DNA of 64,000 bases from an uncultured delta proteobacterium. GTDB lineage: Bacteria > Desulfobacterota > Binatia > HRBIN30 > BPIQ01. The stretch is taken from assembly GCA_963761335.1 (NCBI GenBank), contig CAVXGR010000025.1, positions 1 to 64,000 of the forward strand. Direction: 5' to 3'. The notes beneath the pieces were generated by a model. That model was given only the letters and a program-made list of their open reading frames with translations, made no database searches and had not been told where the DNA came from. Position 1 is the stretch's first letter. Each line of letters starts with the position of its first letter. The translations under genes and the position numbers were made by a program. This document shows positions 38,684-49,300 of this stretch, piece after piece.

Positions 38684-39360
38684 TGGAAGGTGCCGTCGCG
38701 AATTGGGTGCGCGAGCTCCGGGGATGCGTGAGCGCCGCCGACCTCGATGACCTGCGCCGGGCGATCAGCGGCGGGGAATCCCTCTTTCGCGAGGTCAACG
38801 GCTTTGCCGGGATGGCGCCGCGCTATCGGGTGATCCACGGCACCGCCGTCCACCGCGCCCTGCCGCAGGTGGTGAGCTTTGGAGAGCGCCTGGTTCGACC
38901 TCTGGTGGAGGCATTTGCGGGAAGGCCCCTGGCGCCGCTGCGAGAGAACGCCTTCGACATTCGCATCCAGCTCTTCCGGCGCGGCGGCGACTACTTCCGC
39001 TGGCATTTCGACGGCCACACCTACAACGCCCTGGTGACCCTGACCAACACCATCGGCGCCGAGACCGAGGTCGTACCCTTTGCCGTCAGCCGTGCGGTGC
39101 GCCGCGTCTATATGCCCTTTGCCCTGTTTCCCACTGTCTTCTCAGTCTTGCCGCGCATGCGCTTCGCCATGGACGCGGGCGACGTCCTGGTGTTGCGCGG
39201 CGGGCAGCTCCTGCACCGCGGCGTGTGCCACGGCGCGGAGGGAGAGCGGTTGCTGATCGTCTTCGGCTACAACGACGCCGACGCCCCGCCGCGCCGGGTC
39301 TCGCCGTTTCGCCGCCGTGTCAGCCGCTTGATCAACTACGGCGAGCTGGGCCCCGGGTGA
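38683..39360 (+). CDS. 2OG-Fe(II) oxygenase superfamily protein
   Basis: FRWHFD (HxD), GDVLVLRGGQLLHRGV (distal His), ERLLIVFGY (2OG-binding Arg). Confidence 0.75.
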   Translation: MEGAVANWVRELRGCVSAADLDDLRRAISGGESLFREVNGFAGMAPRYRVIHGTAVHRALPQVVSFGERLVRPLVEAFAGRPLAPLRENAFDIRIQLFRRGGDYFRWHFDGHTYNALVTLTNTIGAETEVVPFAVSRAVRRVYMPFALFPTVFSVLPRMRFAMDAGDVLVLRGGQLLHRGVCHGAEGERLLIVFGYNDADAPPRRVSPFRRRVSRLINYGELGPG

Positions 39361-39379
39361 CGGAGGCTGTCTCAAACAC

Positions 39380-40892
39380 CTGGGCAGGACGATTCCGCCG
39401 GCACGCGGGCAAGGGAGAAGCGGCGTCTCGCCGCTTCGAAAGCGCCGGGACGGCGCTTCTACCTGGGCAGGACGATTCCGCCGGCACGCGGGCCAAGTAG
39501 AAGCGGCGTCTCGCCGCTTCGGAAAGCGCGGGACGGCGCTTCTACTGGGCAGGACGATGCCGCCGGCACGCGGGCAAGGTAGAAGCGGCGTCTCGCCGCT
39601 TCGAAAGCGCCGGGACGGCGCTTCTACCTGGGCAGAACGACGCCGCCGGCACGCGGGCAAGGGAGAAGCGGCGTCTCGCCGCTTCGAAAGCGCCGGGACG
39701 GCGCTTCTACCTGGGCAGAACGATTCCGCCGGCACGCGGGCAAGGTAGAAGCGGCGTCTCGCCGCTTCGAAAAGCGCCGGGACGGCGCTTCTACCTGGGC
39801 AGAACGACGCCGTCGATCCGCGGGCCAAGTAGAAGCGGCGTCTCGCCGCTTCGGAAAGCGCCGGGACGGCGCTTCTACGTGGGGCAGAACGACGCCGCCG
39901 GCACGCGGGCAAGGGAGAAGCGGCGTCTCGCCGCTTCGAAAGCGCCGGGGCGGCGCTTCTACGTGGGCAGAACGATGCCGCCGGCACGCGGACCAAGTAG
40001 AAGCGGCGTCTCGCCGCTTCGAAAAGCGCCGGGACGGCGCTTCGGCGCTTCTACCTGGGCAGAACGACGCCGCCGGCACGCGGACCAAGTAGAAGCGGCG
40101 TCTCGCCGCTTCGAAAAGCGCCGGGACGGCGCTTCTACTGGGCAGGACGATGCCGCCGGCACGCGGGCAAGGTAGAAGCGGCGTCTCGCCGCTTCGGAAA
40201 GCGCCGGGACGGCGCTTCTACGTGGGCAGGACGATTCCGCCGGCACGCGGACCAAGTAGAAGCGGCGTCTCGCCGCTTCGAAAAGCGCCGGGACGCCGCT
40301 TCTACGTGGGCAGAACGATGCCGCCGGCACGCGGACCAAGTAGAAGCGGCGTCTCGCCGCTTCGAAAAGCGCCGGGACGCCGCTTCTACGTGGGCAGAAC
40401 GATGCCGCCGGCACGCGGACCAAGTAGAAGCGGCGTCTCGCCGCTTCGAAAAGCGCCGGGACGGCGCTTCTACTGGGCAGGACGATGCCGCCGGCACGCG
40501 GACCAAGTAGAAGCGGCGTCTCGCCGCTTCGAAAAGCGCCGGGACGGCGCTTCTACCTGGGCAGAACGACGCCGCCGGCACGCGGACCAAGTAGAAGCGG
40601 CGTCTCGCCGCTTCGGAAAGCGCCGGGACGGCGCTTCTACCTGGGCAGAACGACGCCGTCGGCACGCGGGCAAGGGAGAAGCGGCGTCTCGCCGCTTCGG
40701 AAAGCGCCGGGACGGCGCTTCTACGTGGGGCAGAACGATGCCGCCGGCACGCGGACCAAGTAGAAGCGGCGTCTCGCCGCTTCGAAAAGCGCCGGGACGG
40801 CGCTTCTACTGGGCAGGACGATTCCGCCGGCACGCGGGCAAGGGAGAAGCGGCGTCTCGCCGCTTCGAAAAGCGCCGGGACGGCGCTTCTAC
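39380..40892. repeat. Tandem array of 18 units of ~83-85 bp, each a GTAG-type REP doublet plus a conserved linker
   Basis: Core GTAGAAGCGGCGTCTCGCCGCTTCGAAAAGCGCCGGGACGGCGCTTCTAC, linker CTGGGCAGAACGACGCCGCCGGCACGCGGGCAAG. Confidence 0.95.
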
Positions 40893-40961
40893 TTTTGTGA
40901 AGCCTCCGAAGATCGGCGGCCGCAGGTACAACTGCGCGCCCGTAGCTGTTAGGCTGGACTG

Positions 40962-42365
40962 GTGCCGCACTACGATCTGATCGTTCTGGGCAGCGGTCCC
41001 GCCGGGCAGAAGGCCGCCATTCAGGCCGCCAAGCTGCGCCGGCAGGTCGCTATCGTCGAGCGCCGTGATCTCGGCGGCGTCTGCATCAACACCGGCACCA
41101 TCCCCAGCAAGACCCTGCGCGAGGCGGTGCTCTATCTCTGGGGCTACCGGCAGCGCACCTTCTACGGGAGCAGCTACCGGGTGAAGGAGGACATCGGCAT
41201 TCAGGACCTGCTGATGCGCGCCCACCACGTCACCCAGGTCGAGCACGACGTCATCCGCGACCAGATGACGCGCAACTTCGTGCACATGATCTCCGGGCTG
41301 GCGAGCTTCAAGGATGCGCACACGATTCGCGTCGAGCGGCTCGACGGCGCCGAGGAGCTGAGCGGCGACGTCATCATCGTGGCAACCGGGACGCTGCCGG
41401 CGCGGCCGCCATCGGTGGCCTTCGATCGCCGCTACATCATCGACTCCGACGGCCTGCTCGATCTGCCCTCGCTCCCCCGCTCCATGATCGTGGTTGGCGG
41501 CGGCGTCATCGGCGCCGAGTACGCCACCATTTTTGCGCAGGCCGGCGTGCGCGTCACTCTCATCGAGCGGCGGCCGACGATTCTCGACTTCGTCGACTCG
41601 GAGATTACCGAGATCCTCAAGTATCACATTCGACAAGCTGGCGTAACCTTGCGGTTCGGAGATGAAGTCGTTGCCGTCGACAAGCCGGAGGAGGCCGGCG
41701 GCATGGCCACTGCTCACCTCAAGAGCGGCAAGCGGGTCTCGGCCGAGACGCTGCTCTTCTCCGCCGGCAGACGCGGCGCCACTGACGGCCTCAACCTGCG
41801 GGGGGCGGGGGTGGAGACCGACAGTCGCGGCCGCATTCGCGCCGACGAGTTCTTTCGCACCGGGGTGCCGCACATCTACGCGGTCGGCGACGTCATCGGC
41901 TTCCCGAGCCTCGCCTCGACGTCGATGGAGCAGGGGCGCCTGGCCGCTTGCCACGCCTTCGGTGTGCCGGCGCCGCCGATGCCGAGCCGCTACCCGTTCG
42001 GCATCTACACCGTGCCGGAGATCTCGATGATCGGCGAGACCGAGGAGCAGCTCACCGAGAAAGCCGTTCCCTACGAGGTCGGGCGCGCTCGCTACCGGGA
42101 GATCGCCCGCGGCGCCATCATCGGCGACGAGGCGGGCATGGTGAAGCTTCTCTGCCACGCCGACTCCCGCAAGCTTCTCGGCGTGCACGCCATCGGCGAG
42201 GGCGCCACCGAGCTGATCCACATCGGCCAGGCGGTGCTGGCCTTCGACGGGCGACTCGATTACTTCGTCGAGAACGTCTTCAACTACCCGACCCTGGCGG
42301 AGTGCTACAAGGTGGCGGCTCTCGACGCCATGAACAAGCTCGGCGCCGCCATGCCGTCGCGCTAA
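40962..42365 (+). CDS. sthA: Soluble pyridine nucleotide transhydrogenase
   Basis: GSGPAGQKAA, GGVCINTGTIPSKTLRE (single Cys), GFPSLASTSMEQGR, FNYPTLAECYKVAA. Confidence 0.93.
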   Translation: MPHYDLIVLGSGPAGQKAAIQAAKLRRQVAIVERRDLGGVCINTGTIPSKTLREAVLYLWGYRQRTFYGSSYRVKEDIGIQDLLMRAHHVTQVEHDVIRDQMTRNFVHMISGLASFKDAHTIRVERLDGAEELSGDVIIVATGTLPARPPSVAFDRRYIIDSDGLLDLPSLPRSMIVVGGGVIGAEYATIFAQAGVRVTLIERRPTILDFVDSEITEILKYHIRQAGVTLRFGDEVVAVDKPEEAGGMATAHLKSGKRVSAETLLFSAGRRGATDGLNLRGAGVETDSRGRIRADEFFRTGVPHIYAVGDVIGFPSLASTSMEQGRLAACHAFGVPAPPMPSRYPFGIYTVPEISMIGETEEQLTEKAVPYEVGRARYREIARGAIIGDEAGMVKLLCHADSRKLLGVHAIGEGATELIHIGQAVLAFDGRLDYFVENVFNYPTLAECYKVAALDAMNKLGAAMPSR

Positions 42366-42431
42366 CCGGCGGCATTCGAAGATCGCGCCGGAGCCCCGGC
42401 CTTGGTTGCGGGCAGACGCCGCGGTGGCCGC

Positions 42432-44120
42432 TCACACCTCGAGCAGCGACTCGCGGCCGCGCGCCCGGAAGGCGCCGCGGAGCCGCTGGTACGCCGCCTC
42501 GTCGAGACGCCGATAGCCCGCGTCCGCCGCCGGGCGCCAGTAGATCGGATCCGCCACCAGCTCGAGGCGGAACTTCTCGCGGCGCAGCTCGCGCACCAGC
42601 GGCTTGTTGGTGGCGGTGCGCGGCAGATCGCGGGCGACGCGGACGTAGGTCGGGATCCACTTGGGCGAGATGTCGGGCTGCCCGCGCAGAAAACGCAGCA
42701 GCTCCTCGGCGTCGAAGGCGGCGTCGTCGGCGAGCACCAGGGTCGCCATCACCCGATCGCCCGCGTCCACATCGGGCACGCCGTAAACGCTGCAGAGGTA
42801 CACCTGTGGATGTCGTTGCAGGATGTCCTCGACGGGCTTCGCCAGGAAGTTCTCGCCGTCGACGCGGATCCAGCTGATGTCGCGCCCGGTGAAGTAGAGA
42901 AAGCCGCGCTCGTCGCGGTAGCCGAAGTCGCCGCTCCAGTACATACCGCCGCGGCAGCGCTCACGGCTCGCCTCCTCGTTCTTGTAGTAGCCCTCGAACT
43001 TGCCGACGCCCGCAGTGTTGACGATCTCGCCGATCGCCTCGTCGGGGTTGAGGATGCGGCGGCGCTCGTCCAGACGCGCCCGCGGGCACTCGACACTGCT
43101 GGCGTCGAGCACGCGCACGGCGTCGGGCGACAGGCCGACGCTGCCCACCGGGTCGTCGGGGCGGCGCACGAAGCCGAAGCCGCCCTCGCTGGCGCCGAAG
43201 CCGTCGATCACCTCGCAGCCGAAGCGCGCCGCGAACTCCGCCGTGATGCGCGGCGACCCCTCGTTGCCGTAGGCGACCCGCAAGGGGTTCTCTGCATCGT
43301 CCGTCCGCCGCGGCGTGGTGAGGATGTACGCCAAGGGCTTGCCGGTGTAGTTGAAGTAGGTCACCCCGTAGCGGCGCACGTCGGCGAGCCATTGGCTCTT
43401 CGAGAAGCGGCGGATCATGCCGAGGCGGGCGCCGCGCAGGAGCGCCGGCATGAAGCCGCACTGCTGGGAGTTGGCGTGGAAGAGGGGCATCGCCAGATAG
43501 CCGGTGTCGGCGCCGCTCACGCCCATGAGGCCGCCGACGTACTCGGCCGTCGAGCACATGCGCCGGTGCGAGATGATCACCGCCTTGGGCGCCCCGGTGG
43601 TGCCCGAGGTGAAGACCAGGCAGAGGGGATCGCCCTCGGCAAGCGGCCGCTGCGGATCCGCGTCGCGGCAACCGTCGAGAGCCGCCTCGAGCGAGACACC
43701 GAAGGGCACGGCGCCGCCCCAGCGCGTGGTTACCAGAAGCCGCTCCTCGGAGAACGGGAGCCGGGCGCGTATCGGCTCGAGAAGACCCAGGTGCGCCGGC
43801 TCGCTGAGCAGCAGCGCGCAGTCGCTGTGGGCGATGTCGCGGCGCAGATGCTCGCCGCGCTGCACGGGGTTGATGCCGACCACCACGGCGCCGGCGAGAG
43901 CCGCGCCGCCGATCGCCAGCAGGTACTCGGGAAGGTTGTCGAGCAGCACGCCGACGTGGAAGGGCGCCGATCGCGGACGTCGTTCGAGAAAGAGGCGCGC
44001 GTAGCGGCAGCTCTCGCGGTAGTACTCCGCGTGGCTCAGCTGGAAATCGTCGAAGAGAATGAAGGGCCGCTGGCGGTCGGCGCCGCCGCCGTTGCGGCGA
44101 ATGAGATCGGCGACGGTCAT
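42432..44120 (-). CDS. Long-chain/steroid acyl-CoA ligase (FadD17/FadD1-like)
   Basis: FHVGVLLDN, FTSGTTGAPKA, YFNYTGKPL, GNEG, RVDGEN. Confidence 0.88.
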   Translation of the reverse strand: MTVADLIRRNGGGADRQRPFILFDDFQLSHAEYYRESCRYARLFLERRPRSAPFHVGVLLDNLPEYLLAIGGAALAGAVVVGINPVQRGEHLRRDIAHSDCALLLSEPAHLGLLEPIRARLPFSEERLLVTTRWGGAVPFGVSLEAALDGCRDADPQRPLAEGDPLCLVFTSGTTGAPKAVIISHRRMCSTAEYVGGLMGVSGADTGYLAMPLFHANSQQCGFMPALLRGARLGMIRRFSKSQWLADVRRYGVTYFNYTGKPLAYILTTPRRTDDAENPLRVAYGNEGSPRITAEFAARFGCEVIDGFGASEGGFGFVRRPDDPVGSVGLSPDAVRVLDASSVECPRARLDERRRILNPDEAIGEIVNTAGVGKFEGYYKNEEASRERCRGGMYWSGDFGYRDERGFLYFTGRDISWIRVDGENFLAKPVEDILQRHPQVYLCSVYGVPDVDAGDRVMATLVLADDAAFDAEELLRFLRGQPDISPKWIPTYVRVARDLPRTATNKPLVRELRREKFRLELVADPIYWRPAADAGYRRLDEAAYQRLRGAFRARGRESLLEV

Positions 44121-44121
44121 C

Positions 44122-44182
44122 CTCAATCACTTCTCAATCACTTGATTGACTTCGCATACGCGGAAGTGCTAGCGCAAGTCAA
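44122..44182. promoter_or_regulatory. Divergent promoter/operator region
   Basis: CTCAATCACTT x2, palindrome TCAATC-ACTT-GATTGA, inverted pair TTGACTT/AAGTCAA. Confidence 0.55.
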
Positions 44183-44202
44183 CTTTCGATCGGGAGGGAC
44201 GC

Positions 44203-45093
44203 ATGTTGTTGCAGGGAAAAGTCGCGGTGGTGACCGGTTCCGGCCGCGGCATCGGCCGGGGAATTGCCCTGGCGTTGGCGCGCGAAGGCGCGCGCCTGGT
44301 GATCAACGACGTCGGCTGCGACGTCAACGGCCGCGGCGGCGCCGAGGATCCGGCGGCACAGGTGGTCCGCGAGATCGAGACCATCGGCTCGCAGGCGGTT
44401 CCCAACTACGACTCCGTCTCCTCCTTCAGCGGCGCCGAGGCGATCATCCGCACGGCGACCGAGAAGTTCGGGCGCATCGACATCCTGGTGAACAATGCCG
44501 GGATCGTGCGCGACCGCTCCATCGCCAAGATGACCGAGGACGACTTCGACGCCGTCCTCGCCGTGCACCTCAAGGGAAGCTTCAACTGCGGTCGGCATGC
44601 CATCCCGATCATGCGCGAGCAGGGCTACGGCCGCATCATCAACATCACCTCGAGCGCCGGCCTGCGCGGAAACTTCGGACAGTCCAATTACGGCGCCGCC
44701 AAGGCCGGGATCATGGGTCTGACGCTGGTGTGGGCCATCGAGCTCGGCAAGTACGGCATCACCGTGAATGCCATGGCTCCATCGGGAATGACGCGCATGA
44801 CCGGCACCATCCCCGGCTTGGAGGGCAAGGAGCCGCCGCCGGAGATGAACGCCGAGCTGAACGGGCCGCTGATCGCCTTCCTGGGCTCGGAGCGAGCCGC
44901 GCACGTGAACGGACAGATCTTCGGGCGCCGCGGCTTCGGCTACACCATCTTTCAGCAGCCGCGGCCGATCGCCATGATGTACAAGCCGGGCGGGCTCAGC
45001 GCCGCCGAGGTGGCCGACAACTTCGACGCCGTGTTCGGCGAGCATCTGCAGACGATCGGTATCCCGCAGCTGCGCCGCGAAGAGAAGAAGTAG
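44203..45093 (+). CDS. Short-chain dehydrogenase (3-hydroxyacyl-CoA/MFE2-like SDR)
   Basis: TGSGRGIG, NNAGIVRD, GNFGQSNYGAAK. Confidence 0.92.
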   Translation: MLLQGKVAVVTGSGRGIGRGIALALAREGARLVINDVGCDVNGRGGAEDPAAQVVREIETIGSQAVPNYDSVSSFSGAEAIIRTATEKFGRIDILVNNAGIVRDRSIAKMTEDDFDAVLAVHLKGSFNCGRHAIPIMREQGYGRIINITSSAGLRGNFGQSNYGAAKAGIMGLTLVWAIELGKYGITVNAMAPSGMTRMTGTIPGLEGKEPPPEMNAELNGPLIAFLGSERAAHVNGQIFGRRGFGYTIFQQPRPIAMMYKPGGLSAAEVADNFDAVFGEHLQTIGIPQLRREEKK

Positions 45094-45129
45094 CCAACCG
45101 GCAGCCGCCGGCTGCGCCTCGCCTCTCCC

Positions 45130-46974
45130 ATGCGGATCGCCGTCTGCATCAAGCACGTGCCCGTGGTCTGGGCGATGAAGTTCGACCCGGACTCGAAGAC
45201 GCTCAAGCGCGAGGGGGTGCCGGGAGAGATCAGCTCCTTCGACGTGCGCGCTCTGGGCAGAGCCGTGGAGCTGCGCCAGGCCCACGGCGGTTCGGTCACC
45301 GCCCTGACCATGGGACCACCGCCGGCGCGCAAGTCGCTGGAGACCTGCCTGGCCATGGGCGCCGATCGCGCCGTGCACCTCTGCGACCCGGTGTTCGCCG
45401 GCTCCGACACCCTGGCCACGGCCCGGGCGCTCGCCGCCGGGCTCCGGCACCTCGGCTTCGACCTCATCCTCTGCGGGCGCCACAGCGTCGATGCGGAGAC
45501 CGGGCAGGTGGGACCCGAGGTGGCGGAGCTGCTCGACATCGCGCAGGTGACCGCCGCTCGCCGCATCGAGGTGGACGCCGCCGCGAAGGTCCTGCGCATC
45601 GAGCGCGAGACCGACGACGGCTACGAGCTGGTGGAGGTCGCGACTCCGGTGCTGATCAGTGCCGCGGAGGATCTGGCCGAGGAGCCGGCGCCCACCAAGG
45701 AGGAGCGCGAGGCCGCCAAGCAGAAGCCGATCGAGACCATCACGGCGGCCGAGCTGGGAATCGATGCGGCGCAGGTCGGCCTCTCCGGGTCGCCGACCTG
45801 GGTGCAGGGCTTCGAGACCATCGCCAGCAAGCGCCTGGGGAGGACTCTCTCCGGCGAGTCGCTGGAAGCGGTCGTCGAGGAGCTGGTGGACAGGCTCCTC
45901 GAGCACGGCCTGTTCGGCAAATGGCAGGAGCCATCGCCGGCGGGGGCAGGGGACGCCGGGGCCGCTCCCGAAGCGGTGAGGCGCCGCGGGCCCAGCGACG
46001 TCTGGGTGGTCGCCGAGGTCGCCGGCCAGCGCCTTCGCCCGGTCACCCACGAGCTTGTCGGCAAGGGCGCCGAGCTGGCGCGGCGTCTCGGCTCGTCGCT
46101 GGACGTGGTCCTGGCGGGAGACGACGCTGGGCGCCACTGCGCGGCACTCGCCCACAGCGGCGCGCAACGCGTGCTGCTCGCCGAGCACCCACAGCTGGCG
46201 ACCTACGACACCGAGCGCTACGCGGCGCTGTTGAGCGACGCCATCCGCAGCCGCCAGCCGGGGATCGTGCTTCTGCCCTCGAACGGCTTCGGGCGCGACC
46301 TGGCGCCGCGGGTGGCGGCACGGCTGCAGATCGGGCTCACGGGGGACTGCCTCGACCTCGACCTCGATGCGGAGGGGCGCCTGGTGCAGCTTAAACCCGC
46401 CTTCGGTGGCAGCGTCGTTGCCCCCATCCTCTCGCGGACGCTGCCGGAGATGGCGACGGTGCGGCCCGGACTGCTCGATGCTCCGGTCCCCGACCCGACG
46501 CGTCGCGCCATGGTCGAACGCCTGGAGATTGTGGAGGGCGCTGCGCCGCGCGTGCGTCATCTCGGCCCGCGGGCGAGCGCCGCGCTGGCCAGCGACCTCG
46601 ACGAGGCCGAGATCGTCGTCGGCATCGGCATGGGGCTCGGCGCCGCCGAGGAGATTGCCGCGGTGGAGCCGCTGCGCGGCGCCCTCGGCGCGGCGCTGGC
46701 GGCGACGCGTGAGGTCACCGACGCCGGATGGTTGCCGAAGCACTCCCAGGTGGGCTTCACCGGCCGCTCCATCGCGCCGCGGCTCTACATCGCCGTCGGC
46801 ATTCGCGGCGCCGTCTACCACATGGTCGGTTTGCGGCGCGCCGGCATCATCGTCGCCATCAACAACGACCCCAAGGCGGCGGTGTTCAAGAATGCCGACT
46901 ACGGCATCGTCGGCGACTACCGCGAGGTCCTCCCCCTGCTGGTGCGCCGGCTGGAGGCGGCAAAGGCGCGGTAG
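45130..46974 (+). CDS. Fused electron transfer flavoprotein beta-alpha
   Basis: N-terminal half CIKHVP, MGADRA, GSDTLAT, DAETGQVG; C-terminal half GLTGDC, QVGFTG, LYIAVGI, INNDP. Confidence 0.88.
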   Translation: MRIAVCIKHVPVVWAMKFDPDSKTLKREGVPGEISSFDVRALGRAVELRQAHGGSVTALTMGPPPARKSLETCLAMGADRAVHLCDPVFAGSDTLATARALAAGLRHLGFDLILCGRHSVDAETGQVGPEVAELLDIAQVTAARRIEVDAAAKVLRIERETDDGYELVEVATPVLISAAEDLAEEPAPTKEEREAAKQKPIETITAAELGIDAAQVGLSGSPTWVQGFETIASKRLGRTLSGESLEAVVEELVDRLLEHGLFGKWQEPSPAGAGDAGAAPEAVRRRGPSDVWVVAEVAGQRLRPVTHELVGKGAELARRLGSSLDVVLAGDDAGRHCAALAHSGAQRVLLAEHPQLATYDTERYAALLSDAIRSRQPGIVLLPSNGFGRDLAPRVAARLQIGLTGDCLDLDLDAEGRLVQLKPAFGGSVVAPILSRTLPEMATVRPGLLDAPVPDPTRRAMVERLEIVEGAAPRVRHLGPRASAALASDLDEAEIVVGIGMGLGAAEEIAAVEPLRGALGAALAATREVTDAGWLPKHSQVGFTGRSIAPRLYIAVGIRGAVYHMVGLRRAGIIVAINNDPKAAVFKNADYGIVGDYREVLPLLVRRLEAAKAR

Positions 46975-46978
46975 GACA

Positions 46979-47095
46979 GAAGAGAATGTAAAATGGAGAA
47001 CCGGTGACCGGTGATGGAGAACCGGCGATCGGCGGCCGAACCCGTTGTCCGGTTCTGAATCACCGGTCACCGGTTCTCCATTTTACATTCTCTTC
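46979..47095. repeat. Perfect 37-bp inverted repeat
   Basis: GAAGAGAATGTAAAATGGAGAACCGGTGACCGGTGAT (46979-47015) and its exact reverse complement at 47059-47095. Confidence 0.92.
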
Positions 47096-47154
47096 CTTAT
47101 CTGTCGGGCGTGCTTCCTCTATGCTGGAGGCATTCCGCAGCGAAGGAGGGCTTC

Positions 47155-49230
<2,076 letters not shown>

Positions 49231-49300
49231 GCCTTCAATTGCCGCTGCCGGCGGGGGATAATGGCAATCGTGCAGCACCAGCCGAGAAGAAGAGAAGAGG

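Noticed and set aside
39380..40892. CRISPR array
   Set aside because: The linkers are near-identical variants rather than unique spacers, the ~50-bp core is REP-like, and there are no cas genes or AT-rich leader.
39142..40980. Repeat-protein ORFs (VEAPSRRF..KRRDAAST) across the array
   Set aside because: Unit lengths of 83-85 bp shift frame repeatedly, ORFs occur on both strands, and there is no credible start or RBS.
42402..46394. 1330-aa ORF on +
   Set aside because: Shadow frame: antisense to the CoA ligase and out of frame with SDR/ETF, Arg/Gly-rich with no motifs.
44179..47070. 963-aa minus-strand ORF
   Set aside because: Antisense shadow of the SDR and ETF genes.
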